DNA from: an uncultured Candidatus Binatia bacterium
Lineage (GTDB): Bacteria > Desulfobacterota > Binatia > Bin18
NCBI GenBank assembly: GCA_965214605.1
Contig: OZ243961.1
Coordinates: 288,001 to 352,000, forward strand
Length of the DNA stretch: 64,000 nucleotides
Direction of reading: 5' to 3'
Position 1 is the stretch's first letter. Every line of letters begins with the position of its first letter. The translations under genes and the position numbers were made by a program. Positions 1-10,277 of the stretch are shown piece by piece. Under the pieces are notes generated by a model, which saw only the letters and a list, made by a program, of their open reading frames with translations, was not told the origin of the DNA and did not search any database.

Positions 1-1
1 T

Positions 2-673
2 ACGACCGGCGATGCCTGCGGCCCGAATATGATGACGCGCAACGCCTATGCCCTGAATCAGGGGTTTATACGCGAGCGTTTCTGGCGCGAGACCGGACTT
101 GAGCCGCTCCACGTCTTTGTTGAAACAAATATGGGCGGCGATAAAAAGCCGAGCCACGCCTTTTTTCAATTCCCTGGTCATGGCAAAGTGGTTGGAGCAG
201 AAGCGACGCTGCCCGATCCTGTTCTGCGGCGCGTCTTACGCGTGGGGACCGATGACCTGGTGGCCCTTGAGCACGCCGGGCTACACGGATCGCATGCCAG
301 CGGCATGCAGTCCTTCGCCTTTACGCCGGCCTCGGCCGTGGCGGCGATCTTTGCCGCCACCGGCCAGGACTTGGGCATGGTTGGAACGAGTAGTATGGCC
401 CACGATTCGGTTTCGCGGACCGAGGAGGGCATTCACATCACGATCCGCCTGTCCGGCCTGGAGGTCGGGACTGTTGGGGGCGGGACGAGTTTGCCACACG
501 CCCAGGCGTATCTCCAACTGATGGATTGTCTCGGTCCGGGGAAAGTCTACCGTTTTGCCCAGTGTATTGCCGCGACTGCCCTGTGCCTAGAGATTTCGGC
601 GACCGCGAGCATGGCTTCGGCCGGAAGTCGGAATTTTGTACAGGCCCATTTTGAGCGGGGCGGAGAAAGATGA
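2..673 (+). CDS. hmgA: Hydroxymethylglutaryl-CoA reductase (class I-like), 5'-truncated by the window edge
   Basis: Frame open from base 2: TTGDACGPNM (cf. TGDAMGMNM), DKKPS, ATGQD, EVGTVGGGT and a C-terminal His in FVQAH. Confidence 0.8.
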   Translation, partial: TTGDACGPNMMTRNAYALNQGFIRERFWRETGLEPLHVFVETNMGGDKKPSHAFFQFPGHGKVVGAEATLPDPVLRRVLRVGTDDLVALEHAGLHGSHASGMQSFAFTPASAVAAIFAATGQDLGMVGTSSMAHDSVSRTEEGIHITIRLSGLEVGTVGGGTSLPHAQAYLQLMDCLGPGKVYRFAQCIAATALCLEISATASMASAGSRNFVQAHFERGGER

Positions 674-728
674 GAGGCAGATAAGACCAGCCGGGGGTGG
701 GGGGCCCTGCCTCCTGCAGAGTGGGGCG

Positions 729-1634
729 ATGACGGATATTCGGCTCATTGTCAATCCCAGCTCTGGGCGGGGGCGGGGGAGAGCGGTGGCAAAACAGGCC
801 ACGCGCTTGCTGGCCAGTCACGGTGTGGCCCATGAGGTGTGTTACAGCTCTTCGGTGCATGAGCCTGCCCGACTGGCCCGTGAGGCGGTCGCTGGCAGGG
901 CAGCCGCAGTTGTCGCTATTGGCGGTGACGGGCTCGTGAGTCAGGTTGCCGGCCCGTTGGTCGGGACTGAGACGCCGCTGGGCATCATTCCGGCCGGGAG
1001 GGGCAACGATTTTGCACGGGGATTAGGCATCCCGCTTGATGTCGCCGCTGCTTGTGCAACTGTTGCCACTGCTCGGCAGAGGCGGATCGATATCGGACAG
1101 GCCAACGGGCGGTACTTCTTCTCGGTGGCGGTCATGGGTGTTGCCGCCGAGATTAACCGCAAAGCCAACGCCTCGACCCGCCTGCGGGTGAATGCTGCGT
1201 ATTCGCTGCTCACGGTTGCCACGATTTTCAGCAGCCAGCCCCGGCTCTTTACCCTGAAGTACGAAGGCCGCCGCCGCCGCTGCTACAGCTGGCTGATCGC
1301 TGTCGGCAATACCTGGAGTAGCGGTCGGGGCATGGCCCTAGTGCCGACCGCCCGACCAGACGACGGGCAGTTGGATGCGTGTGTGGTGAACGGCATGGGC
1401 AGATTCGAGTTGTTGGTGTCCGTGTTTCCCCGTGTGTTCAGCGGTCGGCACGTGTACCATACCGGGGTGGAGACTGTGCGCGGGAGTGAAATGACGGTGC
1501 ACTCCGACCAGCCCGGTGACATTTACGCCGACGGAGAACGGATCGGTCCCCTGCCGGTGAGCCTGAAGGCCATTCCTGAAGCGCTGAGCGTGTTGGTTCC
1601 AGACGTCCCATGGGGCGGACAAGGCAGACGATGA
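729..1634 (+). CDS. Diacylglycerol/lipid kinase family protein (YegS/Rv2252/BmrU)
   Basis: IVNPSSGRG, GGDG, IPAGRGNDFARGLGI, DDGQLD and YADGE motifs; start taken at ATG 729. Confidence 0.9.
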   Translation: MTDIRLIVNPSSGRGRGRAVAKQATRLLASHGVAHEVCYSSSVHEPARLAREAVAGRAAAVVAIGGDGLVSQVAGPLVGTETPLGIIPAGRGNDFARGLGIPLDVAAACATVATARQRRIDIGQANGRYFFSVAVMGVAAEINRKANASTRLRVNAAYSLLTVATIFSSQPRLFTLKYEGRRRRCYSWLIAVGNTWSSGRGMALVPTARPDDGQLDACVVNGMGRFELLVSVFPRVFSGRHVYHTGVETVRGSEMTVHSDQPGDIYADGERIGPLPVSLKAIPEALSVLVPDVPWGGQGRR

Positions 1635-1899
1635 TCTGCTTCCGCTCTTGTTCAGAAGGTCCTCGTTGTCTCCCTTGCCGTCCAGCGGCGACGTGGTATA
1701 CGTGGACGAATGAGGGAGAACGCGGCAGTGCTCCCTTCCATGCCTCGCGGATCACAGTTCGTGTTGAGGCCAGCCTGTGATCATGTCCGGTCGTTTGAGA
1801 AGCCCCAGAAGACCGCTGCTGTCACGCTCGGATATTTTTGGGGGCAGTGAGGTAAGGTGAACCGAGCACCAAGAGATCAGCGTTAAGGGAGGGCCCTCT

Positions 1900-2535
1900 A
1901 TGGACTACCCCGAGCCGTTTAAGGCTGAGATGTTTGACCGAGTCGACGAAACGGAGGATGAGCGCTTTTATGAGGCTGCGCGCAAAGTCGTCCACATTGA
2001 CGAGCCGGCGATTGTGGCGGTGGGCGAGTTTGTCCAGACCGCCTTTGCGCCAAACAGCGTGCTGCTCGACCTGATGAGTAGCTGGCGCTCTCATCTGCCC
2101 CAGGGTTTTGTCAAGCAACGCTTGGTGGGCCTCGGCCTCAATATGGAAGAGATGGCCGATAACCCGGATCTGGACGACTATGTCGTCCACAACCTGAATA
2201 CCAATCCGACCCTCCCGTTTGACGATGAGATGTTTGATGGCGTGTTGGTCACGGTTTCCATCCAATATCTGATTAAACCGCTCGAAGTGTTTGCCGAGGT
2301 ATGTCGGGTGCTCAAACCGGGCGCACCGTTTGCCGTCTTCTTCTCTAACCGCATGTTTCCCACCAAGGCGATCCGGCTCTGGCAGATGCTCCGCGACGCG
2401 GGGAGGCGTGAGTTGATCGAGCAGTATTTTCACCGCACTGCCGGTTTTGAGGCGCCGTTGTTTTACGATCTGAGTCCTCACCCTGGCCGCTCCGATCCGC
2501 TGTATGTGGTGTGTGCTCGGCGAGCCGCGCAGTGA
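1900..2535 (+). CDS. Class I SAM-dependent methyltransferase (Methyltransf_11)
   Basis: LLDLMSSWRSHLP, GLGLNMEEM, VLKPGA and FSNRMFPTKA; RBS AGGGAGG upstream. Confidence 0.85.
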   Translation: MDYPEPFKAEMFDRVDETEDERFYEAARKVVHIDEPAIVAVGEFVQTAFAPNSVLLDLMSSWRSHLPQGFVKQRLVGLGLNMEEMADNPDLDDYVVHNLNTNPTLPFDDEMFDGVLVTVSIQYLIKPLEVFAEVCRVLKPGAPFAVFFSNRMFPTKAIRLWQMLRDAGRRELIEQYFHRTAGFEAPLFYDLSPHPGRSDPLYVVCARRAAQ

Positions 2536-3200
2536 GGCGCGCGGCCCGTCGAGCCCTGACCCCTCGTCCGCCCCCTAGGCGGCCCACTCTTGGCCAAGAA
2601 CGTAGGTTGTGGCGGCATGGTTTCCACGCGATTGCCGGAGTTGACGAGGCCGGTATCGGGGCCTTGGCTGGGCCTGTCGTGGCCGCTGCGGTGATTTTTT
2701 CCGCCCAACATCTCGCCTCAGATCAAGAGATTCCGGCCGCCTGGCCCCAAGGCGTGCGGGACTCAAAAACCCTCACCGCTCAAGCCCGACAGCGCCTAGA
2801 CGTTGGCATTCGTCGGGTCGCCCGAGCTCTTGGGATTGGGCTGGTTGCGGTCGAGGAGATTGACCGGATCAATATTTATCAGGCGGGACTCAGAGCCATG
2901 CGCCTCGCAGTGGAGCGGCTGAGCGTCCCGCCTCAGCAGGTGTTGGTTGACGGTCGTCCTATCCCAGATCTGACCTGTCCCCAGACCACCTTTATCAAAG
3001 GCGACCGTGATATTTTTAGCATTGCTGCCGCCTCGATTATCGCCAAAGTCCATCGAGACCGTCTGATGACTGAGCTCGATAGCCGCTATCCGCACTACGG
3101 CTTTGCCCGCCATAAGGGCTATGGCACGGTGGCCCACCGGGCAGTCCTGCGGGAGTACGGTCCGTGTCCGGCCCATCGTCGTTCGTTTCGTCTGTTGTAA
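2532..3200 (+). CDS. rnhB: Ribonuclease HII
   Basis: AGVDEAGxGALAGPVVAAAV, DSK, VLVDG, SIAAASIIAKVHRD, HKGYGT and HRRSF; GTG start overlaps the upstream TGA. Confidence 0.95.
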   Translation: MRRAARRALTPRPPPRRPTLGQERRLWRHGFHAIAGVDEAGIGALAGPVVAAAVIFSAQHLASDQEIPAAWPQGVRDSKTLTAQARQRLDVGIRRVARALGIGLVAVEEIDRINIYQAGLRAMRLAVERLSVPPQQVLVDGRPIPDLTCPQTTFIKGDRDIFSIAAASIIAKVHRDRLMTELDSRYPHYGFARHKGYGTVAHRAVLREYGPCPAHRRSFRLL

Positions 3201-3276
3201 CATCCCCTTCACCCGCCGTTTGAGGAGCGATATACTACGCGTGGTTAACGCCCCCCGAGCAGGAGAGGAGGAGTTC

Positions 3277-4620
3277 ATGGCCATCGAAGTGTGTATGCCC
3301 CGTCTCAGTGATACCATGGAAGAGGGCAAGGTTCTCAAGTGGCTCAAACAGGTTGGGGAGCAGGTTGAGATCGGTGACATCATCGCCGAGGTTGAAACCG
3401 ACAAGGCCGATATGGAAATGGAGGCCCTTGACGAGGGCGTTCTGATCGAAATCCTCGTCCCGGAAGGGGGTATGGTCGTGGTCGGTGGAGTGATGGCTCG
3501 CTTAGGGACCGCCGATGAAGTCGTCTCCTCGGACAGCGCTGCGCTTGCGCCACTCGCCGGAAACGGGGCGGCCAAAACACCACCGCCCTCAGCGCCGGCC
3601 TCCACCCCCTCAGCCCCACCCCCAGCTCCCAAGGTGCGTGAGCTGCGTGAGATCCGTGCCCAGCGAGACAAGGTGGGCGAAGATGACCACCCGAGCACGA
3701 AGAGATCCTCGTCCCCCTTCCCGATTGAAGGGACCGGCCGGCTCATTGCCTCGCCGGTGGTCAGACGCATGGCCGAAGAACTGAGCCTCGACCTTGGCCA
3801 AGTGACGGGCAGTGGCCCGGGCGGTCGGATTGTCAAACGCGACCTAGAGGCCTATATCGCAGCCCGGCCTACCCCCGGTGTCGCTCCTGAGACGCGCGCC
3901 GAGTCCAGACCTGAGGCGCGCCCCGCTCTCTCTAGCCCCGGCGGCCGAGAGCCATTTTCACGCATGCGGGCGACCATCGCCAAACGGATGGCGGAGAGTA
4001 TGCGGGAAGTGCCGCATTTTTACCTCACCACAGAGATTAATATGTCTGAGGCGGTCCGCTTACGAACCGCGCTCACGGCCAGCAACCGGGTGAGCGCGGA
4101 TGTGACCTATACCCATCTCCTGATGAAGGCGGTTGCCCTCGCCCTCGTCCGTCATCCGCGTATCAATGCCACGTTTGGCGGTGATGCCCGAGACTACAAG
4201 GAGCAGATTAATATTGGTCTAGCGGTTTCGCTCGACGACGGCTTGATTGTGCCGGTCTTGCGCGACTGCGAGAAGCGCTCTCTGCTCGACATTGCGGGCC
4301 AAGCCACGGCCCTTGTGGAGCGGGCCCGAACCGGTAAGCCCCGGCCCGAAGACTTGAGCGGTGGGACTTTTACGATCTCCAATCTGGGCATGCTGCCGAT
4401 CGAACATTTTACGGCTATTATTAACCAGCCCCAGGGAGCCATCCTCGCTGTTGGGACGATTAAAGAGCGGCCGGTGGTTCGAGACGGTCAGGTCACGATT
4501 GCGTCAACGATGATGGTGACTCTGTCATGTGACCACCGTATCATTGACGGCCTGACCGGTGGACAGTTTTTGCAGGAGTTAAAAAGCCTGCTGGAAAACC
4601 CGGTCGGCCTGATGGTGTAG
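3277..4620 (+). CDS. pdhC: 2-oxoacid dehydrogenase E2 (dihydrolipoamide acyltransferase)
   Basis: Lipoyl domain VETDKADME, E3-binding ASPVVRRMA/GSGPGGRI, catalytic DHRIIDG; strong RBS GGAGGAG. Confidence 0.93.
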   Translation: MAIEVCMPRLSDTMEEGKVLKWLKQVGEQVEIGDIIAEVETDKADMEMEALDEGVLIEILVPEGGMVVVGGVMARLGTADEVVSSDSAALAPLAGNGAAKTPPPSAPASTPSAPPPAPKVRELREIRAQRDKVGEDDHPSTKRSSSPFPIEGTGRLIASPVVRRMAEELSLDLGQVTGSGPGGRIVKRDLEAYIAARPTPGVAPETRAESRPEARPALSSPGGREPFSRMRATIAKRMAESMREVPHFYLTTEINMSEAVRLRTALTASNRVSADVTYTHLLMKAVALALVRHPRINATFGGDARDYKEQINIGLAVSLDDGLIVPVLRDCEKRSLLDIAGQATALVERARTGKPRPEDLSGGTFTISNLGMLPIEHFTAIINQPQGAILAVGTIKERPVVRDGQVTIASTMMVTLSCDHRIIDGLTGGQFLQELKSLLENPVGLMV

Positions 4621-4635
4621 AGAAAGAGAGACCAC

Positions 4636-6030
4636 GTGGAACGGTACGATCTCATTGTCATAGGAGCCGGTCCGGGCGGCTATGTGGCCGCCATTCGGGC
4701 CGCCCAACTCGGACTTACGGTTGCGGTTGTGGAAAAAGATCAGCCTGGCGGAGTATGTCTGAACTGGGGCTGTATCCCGTCCAAGGCGATCCTGACCTCG
4801 GCCGAGATGTATGAGGATCTGAAAGAGGGCGAACACTTTGGGATTAAAGTCCAGGGCTTGTCATGTGACTACGGCCAAGTCATCAAACGCTCACGGGAGG
4901 TCGCCGGTCGCTTGACAAAAGGGGTCGAATTTTTACTGAAAAAGAACAAGATCCCGCTGTTGAGGGGGACCGGGCGTCTCATCGGCCCACACCAAGTCGT
5001 GATTGGGGCCGACGGTCGGCCGGAACAGCAGGTCGAGGCCGACCGTATTCTGATTGCGACCGGCTCGAAAGAACGCAGCCTGCCCGGATTGGAGATCGAC
5101 GCCAAGCAAATTGTTACCAGCTATGAGGCTCTGACCGATAGCGAGATTCCGGAGTCCATTCTTATTGTCGGGGGGGGGGCGATTGGCTGTGAGTTTGCCT
5201 ATATCTACAACGTCTTTGGCAGCCGGGTGACGGTTGTTGAAATGGAGCCACAGCTGTTGCCTGGGGTGGATACCGAGATCGCCCACGAATTAGAGAAGAG
5301 CTTTAAGAAAAAGGGCATTGAGGTGCTGACGAGTACCAAATTTGACGGCATCGAAAAGTTCCCGGCACGCCTTGATGTCCAGCTTGATAGTCAGGGCGAT
5401 CTCAAGGAACGCACCGCCAACAAGGTATTGGTCGCGGTCGGACGCGCGCCGCTGAGTGCCAATCTCGGCCTTGAAGCCCTCGGGGTAGAACTCGACCGGG
5501 GGGGCTATATCAAGGTCAACGAGCAGTTCCAAACGACGTGTGAGTCCGTGTACGCGATTGGGGATATTATTGGTCAGCCCCTGCTGGCGCACGCTGCCTC
5601 AGAGGAAGGAGCCGCTGCGGTCGAGTGCCTGCTTGGCGAACGAGAAAAGGGGCTGGCCTCTCAGCGGATTCCAGCCTGCATCTACTGTCAGCCCCAAATC
5701 GCGGTGATCGGGCTCAGTGAACAGCAGGCCAAAGAGCAGGGCTACGAGGTCAGGATCGGCAAATTTCCCTTCCTGGCATCCGGCAAAGCCTTGGCGTCCG
5801 GACATGAAGAGGGGCTGGTGAAACTCGTGGTCGATAAGCAGTACGGTGAGATTCTCGGCTGCCATATTATCGGACGTGGGGCCACGGATCTGATTGCCGA
5901 GGTGGCGTTAGCGCTCACCCTCGAGGCGACGACCGCCGAGCTAACCGGCACGGTCCACGCGCATCCGACCTGGTCTGAAGCCATTATGGAAGCTGCGCTG
6001 AGCGCCGAGGGACGGCCGGTTCATTTTTAG
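4636..6030 (+). CDS. lpdA: Dihydrolipoyl dehydrogenase (E3)
   Basis: GAGPGGYVAAIRAAQLG, GGVCLNWGCIPSK and HAHPTWSE. Confidence 0.97.
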   Translation: MERYDLIVIGAGPGGYVAAIRAAQLGLTVAVVEKDQPGGVCLNWGCIPSKAILTSAEMYEDLKEGEHFGIKVQGLSCDYGQVIKRSREVAGRLTKGVEFLLKKNKIPLLRGTGRLIGPHQVVIGADGRPEQQVEADRILIATGSKERSLPGLEIDAKQIVTSYEALTDSEIPESILIVGGGAIGCEFAYIYNVFGSRVTVVEMEPQLLPGVDTEIAHELEKSFKKKGIEVLTSTKFDGIEKFPARLDVQLDSQGDLKERTANKVLVAVGRAPLSANLGLEALGVELDRGGYIKVNEQFQTTCESVYAIGDIIGQPLLAHAASEEGAAAVECLLGEREKGLASQRIPACIYCQPQIAVIGLSEQQAKEQGYEVRIGKFPFLASGKALASGHEEGLVKLVVDKQYGEILGCHIIGRGATDLIAEVALALTLEATTAELTGTVHAHPTWSEAIMEAALSAEGRPVHF

Positions 6031-6044
6031 GAGCGCTGACGCAT

Positions 6045-6737
6045 ATGCAGGTGCGATGCCTTGATCTGGGTCTGGTTGAATATCAGCGTGCGCTGACGCT
6101 GCAAGAGGCCTATGTTGAGCAGCGCCGTAAGGGAGCCGGCCAAGATACGCTCCTGTTGCTCGAACACCCGCCCGTCTTTACCCTGGGACGCGGGGCGGAC
6201 GAACGCTTCGTGCTGAAGCCCGGTCGCGTTCCGGTGCGCCGGGTTAGCCGGGGAGGGCAGGTGACGTTTCACGGACCGGGTCAGCTCGTCGGCTATCCGA
6301 TCCTCGCTCTGGCCCGCCACCGTCGAGATGTTCATGCCTATATCCGCAGCCTTGAACACGTGCTGATTCAGACCCTGACAAGCTACGGCCTTCAGACCCA
6401 GCGGCGCGAAGGCTTAACCGGCGTGTGGTCTGGTACAGACAAAATCGCCTCCATTGGCATTGGTATCCGCCGCTGGGTGACGTTTCACGGCTTTGCCCTC
6501 AACGTCGATCTCGATTTGTCGTATTTTGACAGGATTGTTCCGTGCGGCTTAGCCGATGTGCGGATGACTTCAATGGCGCGTATACTTGGGCGTCCGGTCG
6601 CTCTTCAGGCAGTCAAAAGGCGGTTGGCTGAAATCTTTGCCGCTACTTTTGGGTATCAGAGTGGGACGCTCTTGGAGGAAACGGTATGGAACATGAGCGG
6701 CCTGACAGCCAACACTCCGCACAGTCTCAGTCTGTAA
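6045..6737 (+). CDS. lipB: Lipoyl(octanoyl) transferase
   Basis: LLEHPPVFTLGR, RGGQVTFHGPGQLVGYPI, KIASIG, HGFALNV and IVPCG. Confidence 0.95.
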   Translation: MQVRCLDLGLVEYQRALTLQEAYVEQRRKGAGQDTLLLLEHPPVFTLGRGADERFVLKPGRVPVRRVSRGGQVTFHGPGQLVGYPILALARHRRDVHAYIRSLEHVLIQTLTSYGLQTQRREGLTGVWSGTDKIASIGIGIRRWVTFHGFALNVDLDLSYFDRIVPCGLADVRMTSMARILGRPVALQAVKRRLAEIFAATFGYQSGTLLEETVWNMSGLTANTPHSLSL

Positions 6738-7585
6738 GGCGCCGTCGTCATCCCAGCTGGATCAAGGTCCGGATGCCCGGTGGACCAGGCTACGCCAGGA
6801 CCAGAGGAATTGTCTCAACCCTCAAGCTCACCACGGTCTGTGAGGAAGCCCACTGCCCCAACATCGGCGAATGCTGGGGCCACGGCACAGCCACGTTTAT
6901 GCTGATGGGGGAGGTGTGTAGCCGCAACTGTCGTTTCTGTGCGGTCAAGCACGGGCGTATGGCCATGCTTGACCCGGATGAGCCGCGACGCGTCGCGGAC
7001 GCCGCGCTGAAGATGGGCCTGTCTCACATCGTCATTACGTCGGTGAATCGGGATGACTTGCCCGATGGCGGAGCCGCCCATTTCGCCGAGACGGTCCGCC
7101 GGTTACGGCAGGCCAACCCAGACTGTGCGATCGAAGTCTTAACGCCGGATTTTCAGGGTGACGAAGAGGCCGTGAGCACCGTTGCCCGGTCTCCTCTGAA
7201 CATTTACAACCACAATACCGAAACGGTTCCTCGACTCTATAAAAAAGTCCGACCCGGTGCGAAGTACGAACGTTCGCTGCGCGTTTTAGCGCGTGTCAAA
7301 GAGGTCCGCCCAGCCCTCAGGACCAAGACCGGCCTGATGCTCGGCCTAGGCGAGACCTATGAGGAGTTATTGGCTGTGTTTGGCGATCTGCGCTCGGTCG
7401 AGTGCGACATCCTGACCCTCGGCCAGTACTTGCAGCCGTCAAAAGATCAGCTGCCGGTTGCACACTACGTCCATCCTGACGAATTTACGGCCTTGGGCCA
7501 ACAGGCCCGGGAGCTCGGTTTTCGACACGTGGAGGCGGGACCCTTGGTACGCAGCTCGTATCACGCCTGGAAGCATGTTCTCTGA
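6686..7585 (+). CDS. lipA: Lipoyl synthase
   Basis: CEEAHCPNIGEC, radical SAM CSRNCRFC and C-terminal RSSY. Confidence 0.97.
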   Translation: MEHERPDSQHSAQSQSVRRRRHPSWIKVRMPGGPGYARTRGIVSTLKLTTVCEEAHCPNIGECWGHGTATFMLMGEVCSRNCRFCAVKHGRMAMLDPDEPRRVADAALKMGLSHIVITSVNRDDLPDGGAAHFAETVRRLRQANPDCAIEVLTPDFQGDEEAVSTVARSPLNIYNHNTETVPRLYKKVRPGAKYERSLRVLARVKEVRPALRTKTGLMLGLGETYEELLAVFGDLRSVECDILTLGQYLQPSKDQLPVAHYVHPDEFTALGQQARELGFRHVEAGPLVRSSYHAWKHVL

Positions 7586-8351
7586 TCGGACCGTTTGCCA
7601 CTGGACGGCATTGGGCAACACAAAGCGGAGAGACCGCCTGCTGGGGCGGCTATTCCGGTTGATCCTTGGTGCGGCGGCGATTTTCCCGGATTTGGGCAGG
7701 CGTTCTAAGACCGTGACGCCCTCAAAAACCAACCGGGAGACAAGCAGCAGGACCAGCCTACTCGCCACAAAATCGGCGCAACTCCCCTCACAGGAGCCCC
7801 CTCCCGCCGGCCTTGCCATGTCTCACCACAGGCGGCAATGCCGTTTGCTTCCCCCACCTTGGCCACATCGAATATCAGCCGGGCTCACCACTGCCCGATC
7901 ACGCGATATGCTTTGGACGCCAAGCGGTGACGGCTCACGCAGAGTGACTAGGCCGACATGGAGATTGGTCGGCAAGACCCCGTCTCCACGGTCCGGCCGG
8001 CAGCACCTCGTTCGGATGCCCGACAGCTCGCCAGCGCCGAGAGCCGCTGTGGTCCTCCAAGCAGAGTGCTGCGCCAATTGCCGTCCGACCAGATAGGCGC
8101 CGGCCCGCCGTAGGCGCGCAAGACCAAAGAAGGGCGAATCGCTAGTGGCGGCGGCGTCAGCAAACGGTCTGGTCAACGCCGGCGTATCGGCTCGCAGGCC
8201 TGGGGTGGGGGCGAGAGTCTCCGCCGCGCATCACCTCAGGGTCTGTGAGATTGTTGGCCAGGTCCTGCCCATCCACTTAACCCCAAGCGGGGTGAGAGGC
8301 CATGAAACGGATGACAGAGGTGGCTTCCTCACTGTAGGTGGGGAAGGCCGG

Positions 8352-9485
8352 CTATATGCCGTACACCCGAGCTGCGCTGTCACCCAGCAAGTTATAGCGG
8401 GCCGTCTCCGACAGCGGTGCAACCAGCTCCTCTAGCTCTTCCATGTAGTTACGGGGGTGGTCAAAGTGAGGATAGTCGGTGGCCCAGAAGAACCGATCGG
8501 CGCCCACATAGTCAATAATATGGGCCAGCGCCCGTTCGTCGGGGTCGCCCGAAATCCAGCACTGGCGTTTGAAATAAAAGCTGGGCTTTTCTTTGAGCGG
8601 GACATTGTCGCCCAGGCTGGTCTCATAGGTCGTGTCCATACGGTCTAGGGCCGCCCCGATCCAGCCGGCTCCGGATTCCAATACCACCGCCTTGACCTTG
8701 GGGAAGCGATCAAACAGACCCCATTGAAACAGGCCGTAGAACGCTTGCTGGGGGCCCTGCATACCCAGCGTATTCTGCATCCAGCGCGCCTTGCCCATGC
8801 CGTCAAAACGCTGGTAGGTCCGAATCTTGGGATGTTCGGCCATGGGATGGATGGCGACCGGGGTGTTGAGCTCTTGGGCAGCGGCCCAAAACACGTCGTG
8901 GTCGGGATGGGCATGCGGGATACGGGTCAGTGTATACGGTGCCACAAAAGCGCCTCTGGCGCCGGCCCGCACAGAGCGCTCTAGCTCGGCTGCAGCTTTA
9001 CCCGGATCGGCCAGCGAAATGTGGGCGATGGCAATCAAACGTCCGTCCGAATCGGAACAGAAGTCGCACAGCCAACGATTATAGGCCTGGGCGTAGGCCA
9101 GAGACAGCTCAGCGTCTTCCAACTCGCACTCCCAGGTCAAGCCCAGGCTTGGATATAAGATGGCCTTGGCAATGCCCTCCTGGTCCAGAAGCGCGACACG
9201 CTCTTTGGGATCCATAGAGCCGAATGGGGCGTTCCCCGGGTAGGACTGCTCTATCAGGTCAGCCATTTCTTGGCTGTTTTTCCCCATCGCCCCAAGGCCG
9301 GCCAGCGTGCGGATATCAAAGAACCGCGACGGCTTGCCGTCCAGCTCCAGCACCTCTCTGCCGTCGTGGTGGCGCACTCGCAAGGCCCGGTCACGATAGG
9401 CCGGATCAATATATTTCTCCCAAGTATCGACGGGTTCGAGAATATGCCCGTCGGCATCAATAATGTTGCCATAGTTGAGTGCCAT
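8352..9485 (-). CDS. Amidohydrolase family protein (Amidohydro_2)
   Basis: IIDADGHILE metal motif, LESGAGW and WATDYPHFD. Confidence 0.9.
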   Translation of the reverse strand: MALNYGNIIDADGHILEPVDTWEKYIDPAYRDRALRVRHHDGREVLELDGKPSRFFDIRTLAGLGAMGKNSQEMADLIEQSYPGNAPFGSMDPKERVALLDQEGIAKAILYPSLGLTWECELEDAELSLAYAQAYNRWLCDFCSDSDGRLIAIAHISLADPGKAAAELERSVRAGARGAFVAPYTLTRIPHAHPDHDVFWAAAQELNTPVAIHPMAEHPKIRTYQRFDGMGKARWMQNTLGMQGPQQAFYGLFQWGLFDRFPKVKAVVLESGAGWIGAALDRMDTTYETSLGDNVPLKEKPSFYFKRQCWISGDPDERALAHIIDYVGADRFFWATDYPHFDHPRNYMEELEELVAPLSETARYNLLGDSAARVYGI

Positions 9486-9575
9486 TGCCTTCTCATCCTT
9501 TCTCTGGAGGCTGATCAGTGAGTGTCAGGCCAATCCTAGCCTATTCTTGTTGGGCCGGCCACGGCTCTCGTGCTC

Positions 9576-10277
9576 CTACACGCCCCGCTTCTCTCCCCAT
9601 AGGGCGATGTGGAGACGATAGCCGAGCCGGTAGCCCTGCTGCAGGCACACCTCAACCAAGCGCTGGGCCAGATCGTTGAGCCGCTCGGGCCGAGCCGCTT
9701 CGGGCATTAGCATAACCCGCTCGGAGGGCAGATTGAAGCGCGCGACTAAGTCCGCTATCTCGGCAACGTCTCCGGGGGTGGCAACCACAAATTTGAAATA
9801 GGTGTTGGGTAAGGCTGCAAACACCCGCAACGCGTGCGGCCGCAGCCGCTTGTCGACCGGATTGCCCGAGTTCTCCAGCTTTGGCGAAATATTCCAGCGC
9901 GTGATGGTGGTGGTCAGTCGCGCGTCGGGGAGGAGCGTCCCGGCGGTCTCGACCTCGCTCGTCCAACTCTGGCCCAGCTGTTGCAGCAGACTGACAAGAG
10001 CCGTCTGCTGCAACAGCGGTTCCCCGCCGGTCACGACCAAATTTCTCGGCCGCAGCTGCTGCAGTGCGCTTATGGTTTGGTCGAGGCTGAGTTCGTGGAT
10101 CTCGTTGCGAATGTCGTAGGTGTTCCAGTCCCAGGTGTATTTTGTATCGCACCACCCACAGCGGAGGTTGCAGTGGGCCAGACGCAAAAAAACGGACGGC
10201 ACGCCTAGGGAGACGCCCTCACCCTGAATACTGTCAAATATTTCAGACACGAGGAGCCGGTCACGCAAGGGCGTCAC
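9576..10277 (-). CDS. queE: 7-carboxy-7-deazaguanine synthase (radical SAM)
   Basis: EIFDSIQGEG, CNLRCGWCDT, VVTGGEPLLQ, ISPKL and RLHIALWG; GTG start overlaps the upstream stop (GTGA). Confidence 0.9.
   Translation of the reverse strand: MTPLRDRLLVSEIFDSIQGEGVSLGVPSVFLRLAHCNLRCGWCDTKYTWDWNTYDIRNEIHELSLDQTISALQQLRPRNLVVTGGEPLLQQTALVSLLQQLGQSWTSEVETAGTLLPDARLTTTITRWNISPKLENSGNPVDKRLRPHALRVFAALPNTYFKFVVATPGDVAEIADLVARFNLPSERVMLMPEAARPERLNDLAQRLVEVCLQQGYRLGYRLHIALWGEKRGV

Noticed and set aside
7586-8351. ORFs or ncRNA in the lipA-amidohydrolase spacer
   Set aside because: The ORFs are Arg/Pro/Ser-rich with no motifs, and no tmRNA, RNase P or SRP signature was recognised.
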